DNA from: Trichomonas gallinae
Taxonomy: Eukaryota
Reading direction: 5' to 3'
Length of the DNA: 64,000 nt
Assembly: GCA_008369845.1 (NCBI GenBank)
Contig: MRSU01011496.1
Coordinates: 1-64,000 of the forward strand
The notes below the pieces were generated by a model. The model saw only the letters and a list, made by a program, of their open reading frames with translations. It was not told the DNA's origin and ran no database searches. Position 1 is the stretch's first letter. Each line of letters begins with the position of its first letter. The position numbers and the translations under genes are program-made. Shown here piece after piece: positions 10,698-22,103 of the stretch.

Positions 10698-11440
10698 CCT
10701 TTAGAAATGATGACTTTCTCAAAATTCGAAATTTGAATGATACTATTTTTTGTGAAGTTGTAAAATTGTCAAAATTGAGAACATCTATTTTTTCTGATAA
10801 ATTTGAATGGTGAAGTTTTTTCTGTGGAAGCACACGAAAACTATGAAATAATCTTTATTTCCAACTGTTTACAGCCACTAATTAGACTACAATAGGAGCC
10901 ACTTTATCATAACCAGTTTATAATAAATTTGATTTAATAGGTTTTGTCAGTTTTTTTGTCAAAAAGTGGGTTAATCCCTCATAAAGATTTTTGACATTTT
11001 TAATTTTCTATAAGGATAATATACGTTGTTATTCGAAATGTCTGCCTGCAAGATATTTGTGGATTCATTCAATCAGCCAGCAAACTTTTGATCATTTTAA
11101 AACTTCGTTGCAAAACATTGAATCATTGTAGTTATTACTTATGATGCATAATTGCATAATAATGTCCGCATTTTTCACATTTTCAAAAAATATCAAATTT
11201 TTCTTTTTAAAATGAATCACTATCATTTGCTCATTCCAATCCATCATTGTATTCTAATCAATATTTATACATTGGAATTATATTAATTTGAAACGTTGAT
11301 TTTATTAATAATTATTTTATTTTATAGAAATCCATGAATATGCTAATTTCTCACATATTTAGCTGAAAATGTCAATGATCAGAAGTATATAGCACAAAAA
11401 TCGATTTTTAAATATTTTTAAAATATTAACCAAGAAGTAA

Positions 11441-12030
11441 TTAGACATACCGCGAATTGATTAAATTAGATTTATCTTCAGATGTAATTATATTCAAAAG
11501 CACTCTAACCCATAGAGTGGCAGTTTTCGCAGCGCCTTGAGGTGATGGAATGTATCCATTTTCCCAAACTACTCCATATTGTGTCATTCCAATTGAATAA
11601 ACCCAATCACTGTGTTTAATACATCCATCAAGCAAAGATTTAATATTATTAGAAAGAGCGAGTCCTCCTCATATGCATTGCGAATGTATGGATGTTGTTT
11701 TAGAAATAATATGAATAAAACCAGTTGCTTTTTTATTTGACCTCGAGTCTTCGGGATCATTAATTGGAATTAAATCTTGTTTCCAAATATTGTATATGCC
11801 TTGAATAGCATTTTAAAAACGTATTCATTGCGATAAATGATTGTCCATTGGCTGCATATATTGCTCCTGCTTCATCAGTTGACCAACATGAAACAAAAGA
11901 ATTACAAGAAATAACTTTTAAAGCAATGTAAACAATATTGATGCAGCTAACTTTCTCACTACTTGAGATATTTTCAAATCTGCAATTATACACATGAGCT
12001 GTATTCAAGCATTTAGTTGCGTGAACATTG
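11441..12030 (-). pseudogene. Chimeric pseudogene: 5' copy of the neighbouring gene fused to a fragment of another family
   Basis: 11800-12030 is about 85% similar to 12781-13010. 11441-11800 reads GIYNIWKQ..ATGF..CI*GGLALS..LLDG..WVYSIG..LWVR with an in-frame TGA. No in-frame ATG start. Confidence 0.7.
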
Positions 12031-12163
12031 ACTCAATTTTTTTAAAATGTTTTGCAATGATATATGTAGAAAAAATTGTTTATAAGTTAGAAATTTCTAT
12101 ATTTGCAATAGGTTATTAGATTTATAACATAATATGAGAAATAACTGAATCATATTTTGATTT

Positions 12164-13035
12164 CTAATTGAATACTAATATAATACACAAAATAATATTA
12201 CAAAAGTTATATTCTAGTGGCATACTCTCACAAATAGGATCTATTGTAACTGAACAAATCATAGTTGATTTTTCGAAATAATTTAGAAATAATTCATTCA
12301 CTACTTTAACATCATAATTTTGGATCTTAACATTTGAAAAGCAATTGACAAATGTTACAGGTAAACGAGAAAAAGCTTTATTTGTATTAATAAATATTGA
12401 ATCATAAACAATAGAAGTATCATAAACATCAAACAAACAAGCAAGATTTGACCCATTAATAAAGTTGCAATGATGTGCAGGGCCGCCACAATTAACAAAT
12501 TCTAACAAAGCAAAATCACCTACTCCATCTGCGCATTGAGAGAATGTAACATTAGTACCTGGCTGATAGTTCCAAATTGTCACAAGATTTCCTCCCATTG
12601 TACCATAATTGTTTGAGCAATTCACAGATGTCATTTTTATAACCTTATTATGCAAAGCAATTGAGCTATCAGAGCAGAGCTGACTAGAAGGTCCACACAA
12701 CTGTAAGGAACAAAATGAAACATTTGAATTGGCGTTTTGTGTTAAAATTGCATTACCAAAATTATCATTGGTATGACGCGTTGAATAACATTTTAAAAAC
12801 GTATTCATTGCGATAAATGATTGTCCATTGGCCGCATATATTGCACCTGCTTCATTTGTTGTCCAACATGAAACAAAAGAATTACATGAAATCATTTTTA
12901 GTTCATTAGAAACAATATTGATGCAGCCACCTTTCTCAGCATTTGAGATATTTTCAAATCTGCAATTAGACACATGAGCTGTGCTCAAATATTTTTGATT
13001 GCATCAACATTGTTGAATACAAAAAAAAATATCAC
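12164..13035 (-). pseudogene. Cys/Asn-rich beta-helix-like putative surface protein, 5' end disrupted
   Basis: 274-codon open frame with GGCI/AGAI..F.C repeats and a hydrophobic C-terminus. The signal-like leader (GTG ATA TTT TTT TTT GTA, from 13035) starts with GTG and is frameshifted at the A5 run near 12992-12996. Confidence 0.55.
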
Positions 13036-13545
13036 TTTTCTGATGCGATTTTTCTGATCATGAGGGTAATAATTGGGATTTATAGACTCACGATAAGACA
13101 AATCGGTTTAGATGTTCTTAGTCAATTAATCTTATCTATATATGATCATTCATTGCCTATCTATAGAGAACTATTTCTTATATTTAACCTTAATTTTCGA
13201 TGAAGTATAGCAACGGAGAAACTTACATATATTGAATTGATTATTTAATTAAGTATACAAATAGATTATTCATTTTATTATTTATAATCCCTGCGTTTTA
13301 GATATGGTGTCTGTCTGATATAAGTGCTTGAGAAGTTGATTTAAAACATTAGATATAAATTTTACGACGAATAATTTGTTTAAAAACAATATAGCAGATG
13401 AGCATACGATTCATACAATGAATATTTAGGATGAAACTGGTTTAGAATTAGATGTTTTATGCTCCAATTCCAGTAAATCATGACTAGGTGGCCTTCAGCG
13501 GTGCACTTTTCAGCCCTAATTATGAAAAAACTATCTTAATAAGTT

Positions 13546-14526
13546 GTGGTGTTCCTTCAAATTTTACATGCCCATTCGTTAACATTCTCGTTAATAGATG
13601 GATCCAAAGGCTATGTTAATGTCGATGGTAATAATCCATATTTGATTAATTATCCATGTTTTGTACATGATGATTGCACAGGATATACAACTTTTCTAGA
13701 GGCTGGAGTCTATAGGCTTGAAGTTTGGGGTGCAGAAGGTGGAAGAACAAATTATACTGGAGATACTACAGGTAAAGGTGGCTATTCTACTGGAATTCTT
13801 TCGATAACAAGCAAAACAAAGATTTTCATTCATATTGGAGGGTCACCAGAACCAAGAACAGATCAAATTGATAAAAAAGTGACTGGCGGTTATAACGGAG
13901 GTGGAACGAACATAGGGAGTGGAACAAATTGTAATGGTGGTGGAGGAGCCACAGACATCCGAATAGGAGAGGATGATTTATTTAGCAGAATCTTGGTCGC
14001 AGGTGGAGGTGGAAGTGGTGGTTATGATTATTATGATAATAGACATTATGGTGGCGCAGGAGGGGGCTTTGAAGGTCAGCCATCTGGTTATGGTCCATCA
14101 ACAAATGGAGGAAAGCAAAATGGACCGGGAACAGGTGGTTATTCTAATCAAGATGGAAAATTTGGCTATGGAGGTAATCATTCGGCAAATTCTGGTGGTA
14201 GTGGAGGTGGTTGGTTTGGAGGCGCGGCAAGTGGCAATAGTAGATCTAACACAGGAGGTGGAGGCGGCTCGGGATACGTTTTTAATGAAACATCATATAA
14301 ACCTTCTGGATTTAAATTAACTTCAAAATACTTTTTAAGACGTGGGGATACAATATCAGGGTTGAATTATATGCCTTCACCATCAAATAGAAATATTAAA
14401 GAAAAAGGGCACCATGGCCATGGAGCAGCAAGAATATACAGATTAGATCTTGAAGATGATACTTTTTCAGACTACCTATTGATTATTATGAATTGTTTTA
14501 TGCCTGCGGTGTATATATCCTCTTGA
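13546..14526 (+). CDS. Gly-rich secreted/surface protein (ALK/LTK-type glycine-rich domain family); no in-frame ATG start
   Basis: GVYRLEVWGAEGG, GKGGYSTG, GGGGATDIR, SRILVAGGGG and GHHGHGAARI; signal-like N-terminus; starts at GTG. Confidence 0.7.
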   Translation: MVFLQILHAHSLTFSLIDGSKGYVNVDGNNPYLINYPCFVHDDCTGYTTFLEAGVYRLEVWGAEGGRTNYTGDTTGKGGYSTGILSITSKTKIFIHIGGSPEPRTDQIDKKVTGGYNGGGTNIGSGTNCNGGGGATDIRIGEDDLFSRILVAGGGGSGGYDYYDNRHYGGAGGGFEGQPSGYGPSTNGGKQNGPGTGGYSNQDGKFGYGGNHSANSGGSGGGWFGGAASGNSRSNTGGGGGSGYVFNETSYKPSGFKLTSKYFLRRGDTISGLNYMPSPSNRNIKEKGHHGHGAARIYRLDLEDDTFSDYLLIIMNCFMPAVYISS

Positions 14527-14664
14527 TTCTTCGTTAAATTGTTGAATAAAAATTCAAAAATTATGAATTTTTGCATTAAAAATGTGTATATAAATTATAC
14601 TGATATAACACGCTATGAAAAATAAAAATTAAAAAAGATAAAAAGTGACATTTAAAACTAAACA

Positions 14665-15369
14665 ATGTCAAAGACATATGATGACATTGCTAAACAATTC
14701 GAGCAGCTATTTTCCATAGTTTTGAGCAGCAAAAAGCTGAGCAAATCTATCCAGCAATACTATGGAAGTACTAAATCAAAAACATATCATCCCTCGAAAA
14801 AAACGGCTAAATCTGTAATGAGTTATAGCCCAACTAAAAAGAAATCATCACCAGAAAAGAACTCGCGTCTATGTCCGTGGATTGAAGATAATAAAAATTA
14901 TTCGCTCTTTCAGTCATTTCAAAGTCCAAAAAAGAACAAAAATACAAAGAAAGTGGCAAAGTCATTCCAAGGCTTCAAGAAGCCAGAGCCACTTCAATAT
15001 AACGAATATTCCTATGATAATGAAACAGGAACGGAAACAGAAGTTTTGTCGATACTTACTGATAGTGAAATGAACTCTGATGATGAGGAATACTTCATTG
15101 AAGAATTAGATGCAATATTAAACGATCATATCACAAAGAAATTCTTCCGTGTTTGGAAAAATAGATTTATGATAAGAACATCTATATTAATCAAACGAGA
15201 ACTACAGAATCTTACGTTATCTAAGCAAATGACGCAAAATCAAGAAATTGAATCGGAAAATGAAGAAGAAATGGATTCAAATGATAATGGTCCATATAAG
15301 AGACTCAGTGCTCTTGATTCCGAAGAAAAAGAAAATTTAATCGATATTATTTTATCATCACAAGAATGA
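14665..15369 (+). CDS. Hypothetical low-complexity protein (basic N-half, acidic C-half)
   Basis: 234-codon ATG ORF. AAAAGTGAC (M2-like) lies at 14641. Confidence 0.7.
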   Translation: MSKTYDDIAKQFEQLFSIVLSSKKLSKSIQQYYGSTKSKTYHPSKKTAKSVMSYSPTKKKSSPEKNSRLCPWIEDNKNYSLFQSFQSPKKNKNTKKVAKSFQGFKKPEPLQYNEYSYDNETGTETEVLSILTDSEMNSDDEEYFIEELDAILNDHITKKFFRVWKNRFMIRTSILIKRELQNLTLSKQMTQNQEIESENEEEMDSNDNGPYKRLSALDSEEKENLIDIILSSQE

Positions 15370-15630
15370 AGTCAAATTATAACTTCTATAAGTTGTACTC
15401 CAACGACTTTATTTCATTACATTAGATTTTTATGTTTGTTAAATTAATCGAAATTTTATTGAATAAAGAATAAAAAAACCTTGTTTGTTTGAAATCGCAT
15501 ACCTCTAAAGGTTAAAATTTCAATAACAGAATTGGATTTAACAAAAAATAAATAAAAATTATTAAAATTTGATGAAAAAGCAAACATTTACAAACAAAAA
15601 GTTAAGATTTTTGGGGTTATATGTTGGAAA

Positions 15631-16749
15631 TCAGTTCAAATTTCCATCAATTTCTTTTCTTAACTCTTCAACATCACTTTCGAGATTATCAAAACGTCTT
15701 TTGAGCGAATTAACGTCTAAATAGTGGCATTTGCAATTGCAGCAAGAGCAGCATCTCGTTTGTTCTTTATTTTCTTTGTTTTGTTGTGTTATTTTAATTT
15801 TATTTTCGGAATGATGTTTCTTTGTTCCTGTGTACTTAAGCATATTGTAGTCTGTCTTTGCTTGTTGAAGTTGTTGTTTCAATTGTTCATTTTGATTTTC
15901 TAAATTAAAAATCAATTTGTGCAATTCTTTATGAGTCTTCTTCCAATTTGTTCCGTGGTCAAAGCATCTGCAAGGCAAATCCTGTAATTTTTCAATCTTT
16001 CTCATGTCTCTAGAAAATTGATCCATTTGATACATTAATTCGTTTCTTTCTAAGATGTCGTATTGTGTCTGTTCTGATTTAGATTTCAGAGATTTCCTTA
16101 ATTCTGCGTTTTCGCGTCTCATATTTTCGAGATTTGTTTGTAAGTCGAATATCTTGAGTTTGAGATCATAATTGTTCTTTTGTAATTCAAAGGATGATTG
16201 TTCTGCACGCTGTTGCTTGGATTCTGCTATTGAAACTTGAGATTTGTGATAGTTAAGAAAGTCTTCACGATCTGAGTATCTTTCTTTCAAATTTTTGTTT
16301 TCTGTTTTCAGTTTGATGACTTTTTCTTCGAGTATTTTGATCTTTTCTGAATATTCATTCGCATATTTTCCGATTGAGTTTTTTGTTGAGACCAAAGCTT
16401 CTTGGCATTCTTGAAGCTTCTTTCTCATACGTTTTATTTCATGTCTGTGTTCTTCTAATTGAGCAGGAAGCCATGCTGCGAAATCGTTTGCTGTTTGTGG
16501 GGCATTTGGAAGAATATTGCGAACACCTCCCATTATATTGGCGCATACTGAGTTGTAGTATTTAGCTGGATCCTGTGAAAACTGCAATCTGTCGATAACT
16601 AGTTTCATAAATTTGCTTAATTTTGTTACTAAGTTTTTCTCTTCGAATATTTCGTCAACGAGGGCTGTAGAACTGAGCTTGTCGAGGTTTAGAAACAGTT
16701 TAATTTGTTCTGCTGTCTCATCTATGATATTTGCTATCAATTCGCTCAT
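15631..16749 (-). CDS. Coiled-coil protein with Cys-rich C-terminal patch
   Basis: Heptad-rich E/K/Q sequence and RCCSCCNCKCH. Probable start is MSELI at 16749; the track start is TTG. Confidence 0.75.
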   Translation of the reverse strand: MSELIANIIDETAEQIKLFLNLDKLSSTALVDEIFEEKNLVTKLSKFMKLVIDRLQFSQDPAKYYNSVCANIMGGVRNILPNAPQTANDFAAWLPAQLEEHRHEIKRMRKKLQECQEALVSTKNSIGKYANEYSEKIKILEEKVIKLKTENKNLKERYSDREDFLNYHKSQVSIAESKQQRAEQSSFELQKNNYDLKLKIFDLQTNLENMRRENAELRKSLKSKSEQTQYDILERNELMYQMDQFSRDMRKIEKLQDLPCRCFDHGTNWKKTHKELHKLIFNLENQNEQLKQQLQQAKTDYNMLKYTGTKKHHSENKIKITQQNKENKEQTRCCSCCNCKCHYLDVNSLKRRFDNLESDVEELRKEIDGNLN

Positions 16750-16856
16750 TTTTTTGTAGAGACCGTTTATTTTATTATTTTTTTTCAAAATTGTCATGTA
16801 AAGTGTCAAAAAGTCAAAAATACGTGAATCATGATTGATATATATATATATAAAAA

Positions 16857-16928
16857 GTTAGGATGGTGCATGGTAACCCACCTACTTGTTTTGCGATACC
16901 CCAGTGGAAAAGTGGGTTACCTATTTTT
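16857..16928 (+). ncRNA. Candidate small structured RNA (TATA, hairpin, T5)
   Basis: Perfect 10-bp stem GGTAACCCAC (16872-16881) / GTGGGTTACC (16912-16921) with inner stem CTACT/AGTGG. (TA)nAAAA lies at 16838-16856 and T5 at 16924-16928. Confidence 0.3.
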
Positions 16929-17295
16929 CAGTTTTTAAAGCTTTTGATTAAAATGTTAAAACAAAATGATTGCTAAATGATAACATTATATGTCGTATAG
17001 GCGACGAATACTATATGATATTACGATCACTCTAGTTTATCTTTATGCATATGAAATTGTTGTTTAAATCGAGGGATGTCATTATTAATTTGTTTTATAA
17101 ATGAGATTGCAAGTGTGCTTAACGCGATAACATCAAAATAAATACAAAGAGATAGTTTTAATAGAACTTTGTAATTCAATAACTGCATGTTTAGGAATTA
17201 AAATGAAAAGACTCCATTAATAATTGCTGCAATATATAAAAAACAAAAGTTTTATCAATAAACACAAGATTATTTAGATTTTTGAAGGAAAATGA

Positions 17296-18555
17296 TTATA
17301 ATGGTCTGCCGCATTCAGAGCACCACATGCGAATTTGTTGTGGATGGAACATTTGATACTCGCTGTGCTCAGTCTTAACAATCTCCAATAATCTTTCTAT
17401 TTCGAGCTCAATTGAGCGAGGATTGAAATGTTGTCCCAATGCATCAGCGAGCAAAAATCCAAATCTGGACAAAGTGAGTAAATCACCTTCATATGTTTTT
17501 ATTGTTTGCATTGACTTGTAGTTCTCGTCTTTCGTCCTTGTAAGCATTGCCTCCAATCTAACTATTTCGTGATTCAATCTTTTGATTTCTTCTTGTGCTT
17601 CATTGTACTTTTTCTCTATACTTGTTTTGTCGTTCATCATGTCTGTGATTTTGAGCTTATAAGCATCTTTTTCAATAGCATGCATTGAGTTCTCCTTGAG
17701 TTTAGTTTCAAGAGTCAGTGTTCTGTTTGCAAACGAGTTCCTTTCTTGTGAAATTGCTGCATTCTCAGATCGAAGGACTGAAACAGTTTGTAGTAATGTA
17801 TCGTAATTTGCTTTAAGCTGATTGTAAGCTCCTTTTTGTTTGATGAGCTCGTTTTCAGCTCTATCTGCTCTTTCCATGTTTTTATTTGACTGCTCTGTTA
17901 ATTTCTGGACCAATTCGGTAGATGCTTTTTCTTCTTCTTTTGTTGATTTTTCGTTTAGTTGTTTTTCGAGTAATTCTTTTAGCTTCTTTTTAAGAACAAT
18001 GAGTTCTTTTTGAGCATTTATCCTTCTGTGTCTTTCTACTTTCAATTCTCTTGCAATGTCATCGCTGTTTATTGTGCCATTTTTAGAATTTGAATCTGAA
18101 TATGTTTCAACTGATGTAATTGATGAAGAATTGGTTTCTGAATGTTGTGTATGTTCGAATTTGAGTTGTGATTCTGTAGAATTTGCTTCTGATGTAGATT
18201 TTAGTTGGGAATTTTGTGATAATGATGAGTATTCGCTAATCTTGGATTGTAATGATGATATCTCTTTCTTTTGTGAAGCGTTTTTTTCTTTCAGCTTTGT
18301 ATATTTTATTTTTAGTTGATTATATTTAACCGTAATATTATCATTTCTTCCTGTATCACTCGAATTTTCTCCATGAACGTATTGTGTTTTCAATTTTATT
18401 AGTTGTTGCTGTACATCGTGAAGTTGATCCTGTAAATCTTGTGCGATTTGAGATTGGAGAGTAGATAATGACTTCGATTTATCGATTTCTTCCATTTTAT
18501 GCTTTTTCGTAGGACTATATGAATACAGTACTTTAGGATACGTATAATTCTGCAT
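17296..18555 (-). CDS. Coiled-coil protein with C-terminal CxxC
   Basis: 419-codon ATG ORF with long heptad runs, ending WCSECGRPL. Confidence 0.8.
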   Translation of the reverse strand: MQNYTYPKVLYSYSPTKKHKMEEIDKSKSLSTLQSQIAQDLQDQLHDVQQQLIKLKTQYVHGENSSDTGRNDNITVKYNQLKIKYTKLKEKNASQKKEISSLQSKISEYSSLSQNSQLKSTSEANSTESQLKFEHTQHSETNSSSITSVETYSDSNSKNGTINSDDIARELKVERHRRINAQKELIVLKKKLKELLEKQLNEKSTKEEEKASTELVQKLTEQSNKNMERADRAENELIKQKGAYNQLKANYDTLLQTVSVLRSENAAISQERNSFANRTLTLETKLKENSMHAIEKDAYKLKITDMMNDKTSIEKKYNEAQEEIKRLNHEIVRLEAMLTRTKDENYKSMQTIKTYEGDLLTLSRFGFLLADALGQHFNPRSIELEIERLLEIVKTEHSEYQMFHPQQIRMWCSECGRPL

Positions 18556-18883
18556 TATTTCTAATTTTTGAAAACTCCAGTCTTAACGTACAGTTTTTAT
18601 AATTTTGACATTTGTCAGTTTACAATGGCATGTAACAATAAATTTACGTGACAAAATTTAAATTATTTGCCAAAAATAAGAAAAATCATTTCACATAATT
18701 ACCATGATTAACAGTAAAAAGTGAAGTATATATAATATTGTATTTAAAATTTAATTTTCAGAGATTTTTCATTTTTCAAAAAATATTTTGTCTATGTTTA
18801 TTAGTAAAAAGTGAAAGTTATATTATATAGATACTAAATCCAAACTTTTAAGATTAAAAATTTTTCCAAAATTTTGTGGCTTC

Positions 18884-21172
18884 ATGCAAAAAAAAATATA
18901 TATGACTTCAAAAGCAGCAATTCAGGCTTTCGCACAAGAAGCTGATGTTGAAGAATCAGCCCGCCAGATCCTTAAGATCGTTAAGGACAGTCCAGAAAAC
19001 TTAAATTCAACGATTGATACTTTAGCACAATTAATTGCAGATGATAACAATCAGAAAAACAAACCAAAATACTGCTATTTCTTAACAACAGTCCTTAAGA
19101 AGAACAAATCTGAAGTTTCTGCTAAGGATTTGCTTGTTAATTTAAGAAAAGCAATTCCGGATGAAGGAAGAAAACTTCAAAAACGCAAAAACAGAGCAGC
19201 ATACATTCTCGCATTAGCCTGTGTTTCTCGTGCAGGTCTCCTTAGACAAAGTTATCAACTTGCTGCTGATTATATTCAGACATTATATGATATCACAACA
19301 GAGCACCCAGCACACACACCAGTAGCCTTCTCTATTATCGTTGACATTGCTTCTTCTAACATTCCGGATGTTGATACATTTATGGAACTTGTTCATCCTG
19401 TTTTGAATCCATCTCAGAAGATTATCGAGAAGAATGTCGATGCTCTTTACATGTGGACAGCTTTCGAGCAGTCATTCAAATCGGTTGCAAATGATGAAGT
19501 TTTGCGTCGTCCAATTTCTAAGGAATACTTGCTCAACTTCGCTGAAGTGTTGCTTCAAGCACGCGACTACAGGCCAAGCATCCACCCAATCTGGTATATG
19601 TTCGCAAAAGTTGATCATGAACAATTTTTGAACCACGTTGCTGATATTTGGATTTCCGATTACCAAAAGAACAAGCCACTCATTGCTTACGCAGTTGCCG
19701 CTTCTATTCAATACTTCTCGACAAATGAATTATATGAATTCTTCGCAAACAAGAGTTTATTGGAAACATCTTTGTCTTATAACACAAAAGTCACCAACTC
19801 CGACATTATCCCAGCATTGACTCCAAAGCTCGAAGTTGCTTACAACGAGGACAAATTCAGACTTTTAGTTGCCCTGATGTCAATCGACGGCGACCACAGC
19901 TTTATTACTAAATTCTTGAACGAGAAATGCGAGAGTTTGACAGATGAAGAAACACTCGAGCTTGCTAACAAGCTCAGAGATGCTCCATCTCAGTCTTTCA
20001 AAACACTCCTCTGGGCACAGAAGAAGCGTCTCAACATCAAAGACTTCGATGTCATCCCACAAGTATTCAAACTCGCCTGCGAACAAGCGAAGACAGAAAA
20101 CGACAAGAACGAGTTATCCAAGTTCGTCGGTGTCAACTTCATGAGGCCAACAGTCGAAGGCACAACATGGTTCACATTATTGACAGGAATCGACTTCTCA
20201 TTGGCTGATGCACCGCAAAACATCGGCCAGTTATGCGACACGACAAACAAATTGATCGAAGGCATCAACAAAGTTAACGCTCTTCTTGGAATCACACCAG
20301 CCATTGAAGCCGTTGAGTCCAAGATCGAGTCTATCTCCAAGACATGCGGCGAACTCCTCAGATCCCAGAACACACACATGAAAGAGGTCGGAAAGCTTCA
20401 GTTAAAGCGCGCTTTACCATATTTGGATTCTAACACTGTTCCTTCAATTTTCTGCGATGCTGAACTTCTCAGCATGGCTGTCAAGATGCCTGAATTATGC
20501 GGCAGTGTTTTACCAATGTTCATCGAGCATATCAAGGCTTTGCAGGACTCAACAATCCAAGAGATGCTCAAAGAACCACTTAGAAAACTTCCGATTTCAT
20601 CTGATGACGCACTCAAAATTGCACAAAATGTCGTCAACCGTGCTAAGCCTCTTGCATCAGAAAACGCCACAAAGCTCCAGGAGAGATACATCAACGCATT
20701 GATGGGCTTGCTTCCTGATGAGCAGCTCCAGCAACTCGTCACGAAACAAATTTCGAAGATTTTGACAGAAAACTCTGACAATGGTATTGACGTCATCACT
20801 GGTTTGATTGCTTTGAACTCACAGACAGCTTTCGATGTCATTGACGCTGTCAGCAAGGTCGCACCAAAGGTTGAGCAGCCAAAGCGTCTCGAGATCATGA
20901 GGAACTGGATCTCCGAGTGCTGCAAGAACGGCGACATTTCATCAGATACAATTGTTGATGCAATTTATGCCGCAATCAACTATGAATACAATGAAACACC
21001 AAGCAGCAAGAAGAAACTCGAAGCTGCACTTGAATGGGCAGATAAGCTCATCAAGAAGCTCGAAAGAGATATCAACAGAAGCAAGTTTAGAGAAATGATG
21101 CCAATGATTGCTGCAACTGGATCTAGAAAGGCAGGTAACTTGATTAGACAAATTACTCTTTCAAACGAATAA
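18884..21172 (+). CDS. Alpha-helical (ARM/HEAT-like) protein, possibly Pol5/MYBBP1A family
   Basis: 762-codon ORF with strong codon bias. AAYILALACVSRAGLL and RPSIHPIW resemble Pol5/MYBBP1A N-terminal blocks. Start is 18884 or 18902. Confidence 0.5.
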   Translation: MQKKIYMTSKAAIQAFAQEADVEESARQILKIVKDSPENLNSTIDTLAQLIADDNNQKNKPKYCYFLTTVLKKNKSEVSAKDLLVNLRKAIPDEGRKLQKRKNRAAYILALACVSRAGLLRQSYQLAADYIQTLYDITTEHPAHTPVAFSIIVDIASSNIPDVDTFMELVHPVLNPSQKIIEKNVDALYMWTAFEQSFKSVANDEVLRRPISKEYLLNFAEVLLQARDYRPSIHPIWYMFAKVDHEQFLNHVADIWISDYQKNKPLIAYAVAASIQYFSTNELYEFFANKSLLETSLSYNTKVTNSDIIPALTPKLEVAYNEDKFRLLVALMSIDGDHSFITKFLNEKCESLTDEETLELANKLRDAPSQSFKTLLWAQKKRLNIKDFDVIPQVFKLACEQAKTENDKNELSKFVGVNFMRPTVEGTTWFTLLTGIDFSLADAPQNIGQLCDTTNKLIEGINKVNALLGITPAIEAVESKIESISKTCGELLRSQNTHMKEVGKLQLKRALPYLDSNTVPSIFCDAELLSMAVKMPELCGSVLPMFIEHIKALQDSTIQEMLKEPLRKLPISSDDALKIAQNVVNRAKPLASENATKLQERYINALMGLLPDEQLQQLVTKQISKILTENSDNGIDVITGLIALNSQTAFDVIDAVSKVAPKVEQPKRLEIMRNWISECCKNGDISSDTIVDAIYAAINYEYNETPSSKKKLEAALEWADKLIKKLERDINRSKFREMMPMIAATGSRKAGNLIRQITLSNE

Positions 21173-22103
21173 AGATATAGGTTATTATTTTTAGACATCA
21201 TATATTATTATTCTGGAATCAAATATATCAAAAAGAATTTAAGCTTAAATAGCTTAGTTAATAGAAATATTTTAGTTTTATCTTATAAAAATGCAATTTT
21301 TTATCAAAATTCAATTTAAAGTGAATTTCCGGGCAAATGAGTAAGTTATTTATGTTTTTACATGATATATGTTTTATATATGATTATATTTGTGAATATC
21401 TGTGAAAAAAATTTTTTTTGAAAAAAATATGCTAGCTGAATGATAAGTGAATAAAAATTAGCTATTTATAGGTCTATAATAACTAAATATACCCCAAATA
21501 TGGAGAATTAATAGTCATATTTTGTGTGATAATCAAAATTAATGAAAATTACAAAACAATCAAGATACATATTATTCATGCATAGCATTGTTTAGAAATC
21601 AAACGTACAATTTAAAATAGAATTGACGCGGCAAAAAATAAAATTCGTTATTACCACAGAAAATCAAACAATTGCTTAAAATGATATATACTGTGTATTG
21701 TAATGGAATTTTGGGTTAAAATTAAACAAGCGCGTAAATTTTTGGATTTTCCAAAAACTTTGGAATAATCGCAAAAGGTCCGTACTGTGCTCGTGACTTT
21801 GTGTGTGATTTCAATAACAATCCCGGTGATCTAAAAAATGAAATCGAAATTTTTTTTGTTTCTAAACTATTTTATACCGAAGTGAAATGTGAATGACTAT
21901 ATTTTCGTTATGATTAGTAAAAATTTATGCAAATGATAGAATAATAAAGCTCCTGCCTTTTATTTGTTGATGAAATATAAACAAATTCTTTAATTAAAAC
22001 ACATATACAGGTGAAAATGGATGACATCTTCTAATATAAGAAATGTATGATCGAAACATTTGTCTGTTTCAAGTATATTTCACATCAATCTTTGACGATC
22101 GCT

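Noticed and set aside
16857..16928. tRNA gene
   Set aside because: D-arm/A-box-like start only. There is no anticodon arm, TTC loop or acceptor pairing.
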